Source: a virus (taxonomy: Duplodnaviria > Caudoviricetes). Taken from it: a stretch of 64,000 bases of DNA. The stretch's first letter is position 1. The number at the start of each line of letters is the position of its first letter. This document shows, piece after piece, positions 47,037 through 56,162 of the stretch. The position numbers were made by a program, and so were the translations under genes. The DNA lies in the IMG/VR virus record IMGVR_UViG_642791618_000001, positions 1 through 64,000 of that record; one strand, given 5' to 3'. The notes beneath the pieces were generated by a model. The model had not been told where the DNA came from and did not search any database. It saw only the letters and a list, made by a program, of their open reading frames with translations.

Positions 47037-47630
47037 CTACCAGCCCTCCCGGCGCACGCGTGCCTTCACGGTGTTGATCGACAGGTCGAAGTGCGCCGCC
47101 GTCTGCTTCGGGCTGCGGCAGTGCTTGTAGAACCGCTTCACAGCCCGCCAATCCGTCATCGCGGGCAGCGGCGTCTCCGGCTCCGCGCTGCGTCCGTTAG
47201 TGGCCGGTGTATCAGCCTCTCGGGAGCGCGTGGAATCGCGTTGGAAGGCGTCGAAGCGACGGCTGGATGGGGAGTGAGTCCCATTCGTCGAGGCCGCGGT
47301 CTGTCGGCCTTCGAGTGCGGCGAGACGCTGCTCGATGGGGCGCAGCCGGTCGGCCACGGCGACGTTCGCCGCGTCCCCGACGATCTTGCTCACGTCGATG
47401 GACGAGCAGCCGCTCCTGCGGGAGCCGATCACTTCGAGCACCTTGGTGGCGACGATCTCACGGATCAGTTCCACGGGGATTTCCGTGATCGAATAGACCA
47501 CGCCGGTGAGCGACTGCAGCCCGAGCAGACTCTTCATCTGCTCGCGTGCCGTCCGCGGATTCTCGGCCTCGATGCGATCATCGAAGACGACTTTGCCAGC
47601 CTTGCTGGCGATCAATTTGAACAACTTCAT
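47037..47630 (-). CDS. Hypothetical protein with C-terminal HTH
   Basis: SPKQTAAHFDLSINTVKARVRR. Confidence 0.7.
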   Translation of the reverse strand: MKLFKLIASKAGKVVFDDRIEAENPRTAREQMKSLLGLQSLTGVVYSITEIPVELIREIVATKVLEVIGSRRSGCSSIDVSKIVGDAANVAVADRLRPIEQRLAALEGRQTAASTNGTHSPSSRRFDAFQRDSTRSREADTPATNGRSAEPETPLPAMTDWRAVKRFYKHCRSPKQTAAHFDLSINTVKARVRREGW

Positions 47631-47651
47631 TTTGGTTTCTGTGGATGCGGG

Positions 47652-48311
47652 TCAGCTTTGGTGATTGCCGAGTGCCAGCGGGAGCTGCCCCATGTTTCCC
47701 GTTGGATTCGGTTTGCGACGCGGCTCCGCAGACTGCGGAGTTTGTGCCGAAAAAGATGCGCGCCCCGCGCTCGCGGTGAGGTAGGGCAGAAAGCTAGTGT
47801 TGCTGACGAGGAAGCGGCGCCACGGCTGCCAGTCGCCATAGAGTTCAATTTCCTTGTCCGTCATCACCGCCCAACGCCCCGGCAGCTTTTTGAGCAGCTT
47901 CGTTCCCTTGTGATGCACGAGCGCGGCCACCGCGCGGCTGTCGCTCATCGGGCCTTCAAGGTCGCCGATGACTTCCGACGCCGCTTCCCAGTTGCCCCAT
48001 GTGCCGTTGTGGAAGAGCACCGATTTGCACACACCCTCATAGCCCAGCGCCGCCTCTGCGGTCACGGGAAACGGATGGCAGAGCAGCGGCTCGACGCCAC
48101 CAACACTCGCCCACCGAAAATGGATGACCACTTCACCCGGCACCTGCTGAATCAGATGGTTCACTTCCCCGGGCGTGAGCGACTTCTCCCAGTGAATGCG
48201 GCGCTTCTCGCGCCATGCCACACCCGCTCCGTGCGGATTGGCGGCGTGACACGCGCGGAGGACAGTCAGGTCAGGGCGTTGCTTGGGCGGGCAGATCAGG
48301 ACGACACACAT
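47652..48311 (-). CDS. Class II (Ntn) glutamine amidotransferase-like protein
   Basis: N-terminal MC, NPHGAG, HFRWAS, CHPF, LFHNG. Confidence 0.82.
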   Translation of the reverse strand: MCVVLICPPKQRPDLTVLRACHAANPHGAGVAWREKRRIHWEKSLTPGEVNHLIQQVPGEVVIHFRWASVGGVEPLLCHPFPVTAEAALGYEGVCKSVLFHNGTWGNWEAASEVIGDLEGPMSDSRAVAALVHHKGTKLLKKLPGRWAVMTDKEIELYGDWQPWRRFLVSNTSFLPYLTASAGRASFSAQTPQSAEPRRKPNPTGNMGQLPLALGNHQS

Positions 48312-48348
48312 GGGAAATGGATGGGCTGAGGATTGAGAAAGGCGGGGT

Positions 48349-49287
48349 TCACAGCCGGGCCTCCGGGTAGCGCTCATCGAACTTGCGGCAGAGGCGTAGC
48401 GCCTCCGGGCCGTAGCTGGGGAAATCGCGGTGCAGCCGGCCGAACAGTCCCAGCGCGCAGGGCCGCGCGCCGCCGGTCCACCCGAGGTAATCCCAGAGAA
48501 AATGCATCGCGCTCTCGGCGGTGGCCGTCCGCTTGGCTTGCAGCTTGTTTTTGCGAAACGCGCCAAGGCACTGGACTTGGGCGGCCCGGCGGCAGAGCCC
48601 AAGCACCGTCGCCAAGTGATGCAGCACCTTCTCGAGGCTCGTGGTGCCAGCGAACACGCGGAACTCCACCGCGCCCACATACTCGTCGCCGCGCATCCGA
48701 AAGGATTTTTGGAGGTTCAACATTCCGCGCCCGCAGGCCACTGCCGCGGCTTCTTTGTCCGCGACGCTGCTCGTGTTCACGATCTTCCTCATGTGGCGCT
48801 CGACATCGGCAGCAAGCGTGTGGCTGTAGCGGCTCAGGTGGCGTCCGGTGCCCGTCTGGCCATAGAGCGACATGGCGTGCCACTGGGCGATGTGCGCGAG
48901 CTTCCGGACAAACTCGCTCACCTTGCCCGCCTCCTGGCTGCCGATCACCGACTCGATGCCCACGGTGATATGTACACCGCACGAGGTATCGACGGGTCGC
49001 GCCGATCGCGGTCATCCAATCGATGAAGCTGGCCAGAGCGCCTCAACGCCCTCGGTTCCGTGGAGGATAGGCGAAACAAACTCGCAGGGCATCTCGCCCG
49101 GCTCACAGGTGATGGAACCGTCGCGATCAGCCCGCCACGTCGCACCGTTAAAGGTGGGCGCGGTGAGAGTCTCTCCGTTGGTCGCACGGGCGCTCCTCAC
49201 CGGATAACCGGCGTGATAGCCGCCGACGGCGAGCCCGCACGTACGCGGCACTTTGGTTTCAAGTTCAACGCCGAAGCGGATGTTCAT
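48349..49287 (-). CDS. Putative amidoligase (COOH-NH2 ligase type 2), two frameshifts near 49040 and 48990
   Basis: FGVELE, WRADRDGSI, EFVSPIL, SCGVHITVG (reassembled across frames), VEFR. Confidence 0.78.
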
Positions 49288-49364
49288 CGCTTCAACGTCC
49301 TCGGGTTTCCGCAGACTACGCGGAGTGCGTAGTTTTTGCGCATGGCTTGGGATGGTGGTTGCAG

Positions 49365-49469
49365 ACATGCCCTTGCCTCGTTCAGACGGCCCGCGAACGG
49401 GAAGCCGAAGTGATCGCCATATTTTTCACCATTTTGCGGAGCGGCCTTCGGTTGGCGCGAAAGATGAAG
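49365..49469 (-). repeat. 105-nt duplicated upstream element, copy A
   Basis: Gapless alignment with 50755-50859: identical terminal 25 nt CCTTCGGTTGGCGCGAAAGATGAAG and 16 of 17 identical at the other end. Confidence 0.8.
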
Positions 49470-49504
49470 TTCAAAAAGCCTGCTAACGCTCGCGGCCATT
49501 TTGT

Positions 49505-50386
49505 TCACAGGTCCCATGCCTCGCGGAACCCGACGAACTTGGGGAAACGCGGCGCTTCCTTCGCGCCGCTGGGCTGATGCTTGAACTTCACCAGCCGGCC
49601 AATCAGCGACTCCCGCTGATGCCACAGCGTCACACGATCAACGCCGCCCAGGACGTGGTTGTAGCCCAAGCGGAACTCCACGTCCGAATCGACGAGCTTG
49701 ACGATGAATCCGCCGAGTTCGCCCCGGCCCACCTTGCCCGCCTGCGCCGAGCTGCGCTTGGTGCGCCCGAAGGCGTCACGCTGCGCCTCGTTCAGGTTGC
49801 TCATGCCTTCGTAGGTGTCGAGCACCACGGCTTCCGCATCCTCGAACCGTTTGATCTTTAGCAACCAGCCCTCGCGCTCGGTCGAGCGTCCGCATTTGTA
49901 GGGCGATTCCGGCGTGCGGATCATTACGCCCTCGTAGCCGTCTGCGAGACAGTCTTCCTCGTAGTGTGCGAGCTGCGCGGCATCGCGAATCTCAACCGGC
50001 AAGACTTTCTCGACGTGTGCGAACTGCGGCAGCCGCTTGAGTTCCTGCATCCGGCAGGCATAGGGCACGTCCACGCCGTCGCTCACGTAATCGAACACGG
50101 CGAAGGTGAAGTCCGGCTCCCCGGACTCGCGCCCGATGTGACCGGCGGTTTCACTGAACGTGGTCCCGTTGACGACCAGCTCGCCATCGAGGCCGTCGGG
50201 TAGGTTCGCTTCAATCCAGCCGCGCGTGAAGCGGTTGGAAACGGGCTTGAACGAGCGCGTCAGGGCGCGCCCGTTGATCTTCAGGCAACGTATGCCGTCG
50301 AGCTTCGGCGTGGCGAGCACGGGGAAGCTCAGGGCATCGGGGCGCTCGCACTTTCCGGCGAGCATCGGCTTGGTGATGTGGTTCAT
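49505..50386 (-). CDS. ATP-dependent DNA ligase (minimal NTase plus OB, phage type)
   Basis: TPKLDGIR, DGEL, FAVFD, EGVMIR, LLKIKRFEDAEA, PRFP.F. Confidence 0.9.
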   Translation of the reverse strand: MNHITKPMLAGKCERPDALSFPVLATPKLDGIRCLKINGRALTRSFKPVSNRFTRGWIEANLPDGLDGELVVNGTTFSETAGHIGRESGEPDFTFAVFDYVSDGVDVPYACRMQELKRLPQFAHVEKVLPVEIRDAAQLAHYEEDCLADGYEGVMIRTPESPYKCGRSTEREGWLLKIKRFEDAEAVVLDTYEGMSNLNEAQRDAFGRTKRSSAQAGKVGRGELGGFIVKLVDSDVEFRLGYNHVLGGVDRVTLWHQRESLIGRLVKFKHQPSGAKEAPRFPKFVGFREAWDL

Positions 50387-50499
50387 CGTTTGGTTCCTGG
50401 TTTTGGTTTCTGGTCTAGGCTGCGGAGGAACACGCCGAGTTCGGCGAGCGACTCCGCGAAAATGGCGCGCATCAACCGGCGGAGGATTTTGTACGGCAT
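50383..50499 (-). CDS. 38-aa small ORF coupled to the ligase
   Basis: Stop overlaps the ligase ATG (ATGA). Confidence 0.35.
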   Translation of the reverse strand: MPYKILRRLMRAIFAESLAELGVFLRSLDQKPKPGTKR

Positions 50500-50515
50500 A
50501 CGCGGACTGCGTAGT

Positions 50516-50758
50516 TCACGCACAAAAGGAGAGCTGGCCGTCCGTCGTGACCGCGCTCAGCCGGCCGACGAGCGTGGCGAGGTTGAACTTGCGCAGGCTG
50601 CGCTTCTCCACGTCGAAAACGGTGATCAGCCCGCCGCCGCGCAATTTTTCCGGCGAGGTGACAAAGCGCATCGTGCGCGTAGCGCCCGAGGCTTTAATGA
50701 AGGTGCCGACAAATTCAGTGCGCCTGCCGGCTTGGGCGGTGGTGGATTGCATATACAT
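50516..50758 (-). CDS. Small SH3/WYL-like beta-barrel protein
   Basis: F.K..G..R.M...VFDVEK...R.F pattern. Confidence 0.55.
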   Translation of the reverse strand: MYMQSTTAQAGRRTEFVGTFIKASGATRTMRFVTSPEKLRGGGLITVFDVEKRSLRKFNLATLVGRLSAVTTDGQLSFCA

Positions 50759-50859
50759 GGCCTTGCCTCGTCCGCCGCCCCTCGCGGAGTCCATCCGTTT
50801 GCTTCTCCTTATTTTCCACCATGTTTTCGAGCGCCCTTCGGTTGGCGCGAAAGATGAAG
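50755..50859 (-). repeat. 105-nt duplicated upstream element, copy B
   Basis: See copy A; ends at the ATG of the 50516-50758 gene. Confidence 0.8.
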
Positions 50860-51016
50860 GCGAGCCGGAATCCTGCTGGCAGCCTACGCCATTTGCGGAA
50901 AATGTGCCGGCAAGTTGCCCGCTCGTTTATCACCCGAAATTGCCCTTCGATTTGGACAGCGGCAAAAGAGTCAGCGCCCGCGGGTGGTATGGTGATATTG
51001 CCCGCAGCCGCACAGA

Positions 51017-51567
51017 TCAGTCGTCGATAATATCGTCGAACAGCCCCGGCTGGAATGGTTCCAGTGCCGCCTGCTCATCGCGGAAAAACTCGGCCTTGGT
51101 CTTGCCCATCTTGCGGCCCTTCTGCGTGTGGCAGTCGAAAGGCATTATTCGGGAATCTTCTCGCGCCCGCCCTTGAGTAGGTCGCCGGCGAGCTTATCCG
51201 CATCGAGGCCGGCCATCTGGTCATAGACGAAGTTCTGCAAATGGTCGGCGTCGCGATTCTTCTTCGCCGCGCACAGTAGGATCACGGCCTTGCTGATAAA
51301 GATGCGGCCTTTCGGCTGCTTCGCCGGCACATTGGCGTTCACGACCGCGTAGCTGTCGTGCAGAGCCTTCACCTCTTGGGTCAGGATGCCCCAGCAATCT
51401 TCCGCCGAAACCGTGAGTAGTCGCTTCCAGACATAATTGCCGTAACCGCTGGCCCACAGTTCCAGTGCCCAATAACCCGCAAGACGAGTATCTCCCCGGC
51501 GAATAGCCTTCTGCATCGCCGAGGAAACCTCGCCAAATTCATACCCGCGTTTGGTTAGGAATCGCAT
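51017..51567 (-). CDS. Stand-alone RarA/MgsA C-terminal-like helical domain, frameshift near 51150
   Basis: SAMQKAIRRGD...A.YWA.EL...VWKRL..SAEDCWG. Tail FDCHT..G continues in another frame. Confidence 0.72.
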
Positions 51568-51723
51568 GTCTTGATTTTCGTTCGCCAAGAACGTGAGGCC
51601 AAAAAGAAAGGAGGGTGTTGAGGGGTGCCGCGAGCGGTCGGACGATGGGTTTGAGGACATTCCTTCCTCCTCGTCGTCCGGCCCGGGTGGTGTCCATCGC
51701 GGAATAGCTCCATTTGCATCGCG

Positions 51724-52557
51724 CTACGCATCGAGGCTGAAGGACTGGCGCCGGTGCACGTCAATCGCGGTCTTGTCCTGGCTCTGGTAACTCTCGAACC
51801 GGATGTGGGCCTTCCATTTCCGCTTGAGGTACCGTTTCTCAGCCGCAATGCGATCGGCGGAACGGAAGAGCGAATTGCCGCCGAGGTTTTTGTCCCGCTC
51901 CTGCACGAAACAGAAACGGGCCTCGTTGAACACGAGACGATTGATCATCAGTTCTTCGAGCGTGGCGTCGATGTCACACTTGCACTTGAGCAATTCATCC
52001 CATCTTGGCACGCCGCCGCTCGCATCACGCACGACACCAACTGCCCCACCGACCCAATGGTGAACACCAAACGGATCATTGCGCTGGAGCAGCCGCGGAT
52101 CGCTGCGCTGATGCCACCCAAACAATCGCGCCCCGGCGCCGCGCGCACAGTAGACGCTGTTTTCCAGCATGGCCAGCGTTTCGTCCGTCGAGAGCTTCCG
52201 GCAGCGCAGCGACACCATGCAGACACACGCGGTGATGTCGTCGTCGAGCATCACAATGGCGCCTTCGGTGAAGTGCGCGAGGATCCAATTCCGCACGGCG
52301 CTGACTCCGGTCACTTCGTCGGGAATCGTGACCGTCTCCAGCGTGACGTGCGCGTAATCAGCCCGCTCGCTTTCGGGGACGACGAGCGTCGCCGTCGGGA
52401 ACAGGCGATGGCTGGTGATCGCCCGTGGGCGGCTGCGGGACATGATCACCAGGCGCAGGCTCAGTGGGGTCAGTTCCGGCCAGTCCTTCGGGGAGAGACG
52501 GTTGATTTCCGCTGGCCGCAGCGGCTTTGCGGGCGAGTTCGAGGAGACGTTTTCCAT
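51724..52557 (-). CDS. GT-A-fold glycosyltransferase, TAGT/GREB1-like; start uncertain (52557 or 52443)
   Basis: MSRSR..TS, LVVPESE..DY, GVSAVRNWIL, VMLDDDI, D..L, N.GG, L.RKW. Confidence 0.68.
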   Translation of the reverse strand: MENVSSNSPAKPLRPAEINRLSPKDWPELTPLSLRLVIMSRSRPRAITSHRLFPTATLVVPESERADYAHVTLETVTIPDEVTGVSAVRNWILAHFTEGAIVMLDDDITACVCMVSLRCRKLSTDETLAMLENSVYCARGAGARLFGWHQRSDPRLLQRNDPFGVHHWVGGAVGVVRDASGGVPRWDELLKCKCDIDATLEELMINRLVFNEARFCFVQERDKNLGGNSLFRSADRIAAEKRYLKRKWKAHIRFESYQSQDKTAIDVHRRQSFSLDA

Positions 52558-53164
52558 GGAGCACACGGCCGAGGCCGATCTTTTTGGTTTTGCGGGTGAT
52601 CGAGAAATCCACTTCGCGGACACCGAGGAGCTGGAGTGCGAGCATCCAGTCGCGGAGATCGTGGAAAAAAAATGCGAGATAGTCGTGATGTTCGAACGCC
52701 TGGATCTCCATCCGCGGCACCGTTTCCACGTCATCCTCCGGCTTCTCGTCGTAGAGCCGGGCGATCTCATCTTCCATGAAACCCGTGAGTTCCACGTCGA
52801 ACGAAGGGTCGCTCGTACGGATGGCTTCGATCACACGCTTGAGATCGTCTTCATCCAGCTCCGCCAGTTCCGAGAGGCGGTTGTCGGCGAGCAGGTCCGC
52901 GAGTTCCTCCGCCTCGCTCGCGTAGTCCTGATAATCCACCGGCACTTTCTCCGCGCCCATGAGCAGCGCGGCCTCCAGGCGTCCGTGGCCGCGCACGATC
53001 ATGCCGCTGCGTTTGCTGACAGTGATCGGTCCGCGCCAGCCCTGCTCCTGAATGATGGAGGCGAGAAGCTGAATCTGATGCGCGCTGTGGCGATTCGGAT
53101 TGGCCGGGTTCGGCTTGAGGGTCGCTGGATCGACGAGGGCGTTGTGGGCGCAGTGGACTTTCAC
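52358..53164 (-). CDS. ParB/Srx-like N-terminal domain protein
   Basis: LKPNPANPNRH..QI..L..I...GW..PI.V, GHGRL.AA, ADNRL.E. Confidence 0.85.
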   Translation of the reverse strand: MKVHCAHNALVDPATLKPNPANPNRHSAHQIQLLASIIQEQGWRGPITVSKRSGMIVRGHGRLEAALLMGAEKVPVDYQDYASEAEELADLLADNRLSELAELDEDDLKRVIEAIRTSDPSFDVELTGFMEDEIARLYDEKPEDDVETVPRMEIQAFEHHDYLAFFFHDLRDWMLALQLLGVREVDFSITRKTKKIGLGRVLHGKRLLELARKAAAASGNQPSLPEGLAGTDPTEPAPGDHVPQPPTGDHQPSPVPDGDARRPRKRAG

Positions 53165-53231
53165 GATGCCCGCCGCGTGTCAAAGCGGCCCGCCTTGACC
53201 GAACTACGCTACCTGCGGACATTGGGCGGCG

Positions 53232-53450
53232 ATGAAGCACAAAAAGTTCAAGGAGACGCTCGTCGCGTGGCGCAAGGATAACGCCTACACGCAGCAGGAA
53301 GCGGCGGACCGGCTGGGTGTTTCGCGGCGGTCGCTGGAGAATTGGGAACAGGAGCGAGCGATGCCGCAGGGCTTCGGACTCAGCGCCATGCTGAAGATCA
53401 TTCAGGAGCCGAATGCGAAATCGGCGCGGCGGCACAAGCGCGGAAAGTGA
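53232..53450 (+). CDS. XRE/Cro-like HTH regulator
   Basis: TQQEAADRLGVSRRSLENWEQ. Confidence 0.85.
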   Translation: MKHKKFKETLVAWRKDNAYTQQEAADRLGVSRRSLENWEQERAMPQGFGLSAMLKIIQEPNAKSARRHKRGK

Positions 53451-53474
53451 GATAATCGTTTCGGCACGATTATC
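53451..53474. promoter_or_regulatory. 24-bp palindrome (terminator or operator), copy 1
   Basis: GATAATCGT-TTCGGC-ACGATTATC, identical to 58553-58576. Confidence 0.65.
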
Positions 53475-53498
53475 GTGTGTTGACGCACGGCGGGGCGC

Positions 53499-54092
53499 AT
53501 GGACGCCATTCCGCCGGACGTAGCCAAGAAACTCCTCAACCGCGACTTCGCCAATCTCGTCAAACGAGTGCAGGCGGGCGGGAAGATTAGCCGCGCCGAA
53601 CGCGCGATGTTGCAGTCGCTGGCGGCGGGCGCCGGCGGTGACGGCCCCGCCTACGTGCGCAATTTCGTCGAGCTGGCCGAGACGCTGAAGGTCACCCGCC
53701 AGACGATCAACGGCTGGAAGAAATTCGAGGATGCGCCGAAGCCCGAATCAAACGGCCTGCATGACGTGGCGAAATGGAAGGAATTCATGCGTCAGCGCGG
53801 GCTCAAAGGCGGCGAGGAAACCCCGGACATCCAGCAGGCGCTCAGGGCGCGGAAACTTCTCGCCGAGGTCGAGGAGCGGGAATTGCGGCTAGCGGTGAAA
53901 CGCGGCGAGTTCATTTCCGTTGAGCAGGTGCGTGGCGACTGGACGAATCTCGTCGGCCAGGCGACTGCGTTGCTGCGCCGCAAGTTCGAGAACGAGCTGC
54001 CGCCGATCCTTTCGGGCCTCGACGCCACCGGCATCCAGGAGGAGTGCCGCAAAGCCATCGACGAAGTGCTGGCAGTGCTGCACGCGGAATGA
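53499..54092 (+). CDS. Probable terminase small subunit
   Basis: HTH (LAETLKVTRQTINGW) plus coiled coil, ATGA-coupled to the large terminase. Confidence 0.7.
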   Translation: MDAIPPDVAKKLLNRDFANLVKRVQAGGKISRAERAMLQSLAAGAGGDGPAYVRNFVELAETLKVTRQTINGWKKFEDAPKPESNGLHDVAKWKEFMRQRGLKGGEETPDIQQALRARKLLAEVEERELRLAVKRGEFISVEQVRGDWTNLVGQATALLRRKFENELPPILSGLDATGIQEECRKAIDEVLAVLHAE

Positions 54093-55926
54093 ACGAGAAG
54101 CTTGTCGCCATCTGGCGCGAGGCATGGCGGCCTCCGGATCGCCGACCGCCGTGGGCGTGGGCCGAGGAACACATCGGTTCGATCCCGTACTCGCCGATTC
54201 CGGGCCGCTTTCGCTCGGACAACTCCCCGCAGATCCGCGAGCCGCTCGAGGCCATCGTCGATCCCAAGGTCCGGCTCGTCTTCATCATCGCGGCGATTCA
54301 ATCGAGCAAGACGAGCGTGGGCGAGATCGGGCTTTGCCACATCATCGCGAATCTCCCAGGCCCAGCGCTGTGGCTCGACCAGACGGACGACGACGCCAAA
54401 GACCAGGCGGAATCGCGTCTGCACAAGCTTTTCGAGGATTGCGCGCCAGTGCGGGCGCTCTTTCCCGGTGACCGGCACAAGAAGCGGAACACCACGATCC
54501 ATTTCCGCAATGGCATGACGCTCTGGGTGCTCGGTGCGCACAACAAGACGAATCTTCAGCGCCGGTCGATTCGCTGGCTTTATCGGGCGATGAAACATGG
54601 CGCTGGCTTTCTCGGTCACATGGCCGAGGGCCGAGGGCGCGCGTCACCGCATTCGGGCTGGCTGGGCAAGTGCATCTTTCATGTCGCAGGGTGGCGAGGA
54701 AAACGACGATACGCATCGGAAATTCGAGACGACCGACATGCGGGAGTGGGACGTTCCAATGCCCGAAATGTGGCACGCGGCAGCCGTGGTCGTGGGAACA
54801 AATCGAGTGGTCCAAATCGGCGCGTGATGACCAGGGAGAATGGGACTACGCGGAAGTACGGCGGACGGCGGCGATGCGCTGCGCCTCCTGCAACCACTAC
54901 TTCGACGATAGCGACCGCACGCGCCGTGAACTCAACGCCAACGGTCGCTTCATCCCACAGAACCCACGCGCCGCGAAAGAAAGCGTCGGCTTCCACTGGA
55001 ACAGCATTTCCGCGATGAGCTGGGGCGCTCTGGCGGAGCTGTATCTGCGCGCCAAGGCCATTGCCCGGCGCGGCGACATCAGCGCGCTCAAGCAATTTTA
55101 CCAGAAGAGGCTGGCGTTTCCGTGGCGTGAATACGAAGAGGACTACAAGCTGGAGATCACGCGAGGCGGTTACCGCAAAGGCGAACTCTGGGAGGACGAA
55201 GCCGGCGTAAACGGCCGTGGCCAGCTCGTGGCGGCACCTTTCGAGCCGGGCGACATCGCCGCTCCGCTGCGCATCCTGACTGTGGACTGCCAGATGGATC
55301 ATGTGTTCGCCGTGGTGCGCTCGTGGAGCGCCAATGGTTCATCGCGACTGATCTGGAATGAACGGCTCCTCACGTTCGACGATGTGGAGGCGCTGCAAAT
55401 GCGCTTCGGCATTCATCCGAGCCTCGTCTTTCTCGATGCCGGCTACGCGACCTACGACGTGTATAGGGAATGCGGCAAACGCGGCTGGGTTGCGCTCATG
55501 GGCGACCGCCGGCCAACGTTCGTCCACCGCACCAAAACAGGGAAGTCCGTGCAGCGGTTCTACTCGCCGAGACGCAAGGTGGTCCTCGGGCACGCCAGCC
55601 ATTGCTACGTCCATTACTGGAGCAACCTGAACCTTAAGGACACGCTGGCCCGACTGCGGCGCAACCAGGACCCGGAGCGGGGCGCGACCTGGGAGGTGCC
55701 CGACGACATCGACGACGAGTATCTCGCGCAGATGGAAAGCGAACGCCGGGTGAAAAAGGGCGGCAAATGGATATGGGAACGGGTCGGCAAGCGGCCGAAT
55801 CATTACTGGGATGCCGAGTGTCTCCAGGCGGTAGCGGCCACGATGCTCAAGCTGATCGGCCGCGAATCGGTGAGTGCCGAACCCGTGAAGGAAGGAGCCG
55901 CAGTTGACGCGGCGGAGTCGGCATGA
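54089..55926 (+). CDS. Terminase large subunit, lambda GpA family; several indels at about 54580-54770
   Basis: W...W.PP...P..WAE, QSSKT, GDE (reassembled), CPKCG, TVDCQ, FLDAG, NHYWDAE. Confidence 0.88.
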
Positions 55927-56153
55927 AACACGACTCTTTCTTTTATCCGCTCAAACTTACCCTCGGTTTCCTGGCGATTGTCGCGGTGGGACTTCTCGGA
56001 GGCTGCGCCGGCAGCGCCCTCGACCGCGAATTTCGCTCGAAGGTCAAATCCGACACTGTCGACGTCCAGGGCACCTACGACCCGGCCACCGATTCAGTGG
56101 GCGGCGAGATTCGCAACACTCTCGAGTTTCGCGACCCCAAAACCGTCCGCTGA
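55923..56153 (+). CDS. Small lipoprotein (possible lysis accessory)
   Basis: Hydrophobic signal and lipobox LGGC. Confidence 0.6.
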   Translation: MKHDSFFYPLKLTLGFLAIVAVGLLGGCAGSALDREFRSKVKSDTVDVQGTYDPATDSVGGEIRNTLEFRDPKTVR

Positions 56154-56162
56154 TCGCGCGCC

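Noticed and set aside
17790-54780. Frameshifts in the recombinase, exonuclease, helicase, primase, amidoligase, MgsA-C-like and terminase genes as evidence of a decaying prophage that keeps its cargo
   Set aside because: Most breaks sit in or next to short homopolymers (GGGG, CCC, TTT), and several cluster within about 200 bp in the terminase. That pattern suggests sequencing indels. Read re-mapping is needed before calling pseudogenes.
6953-55018. Long overlapping or antisense ORFs in the track (e.g. 6953-7927, 14015-15349, 19496-21118, 47091-48329)
   Set aside because: Shadow frames of well-supported genes in high-GC DNA; no recognisable motifs.
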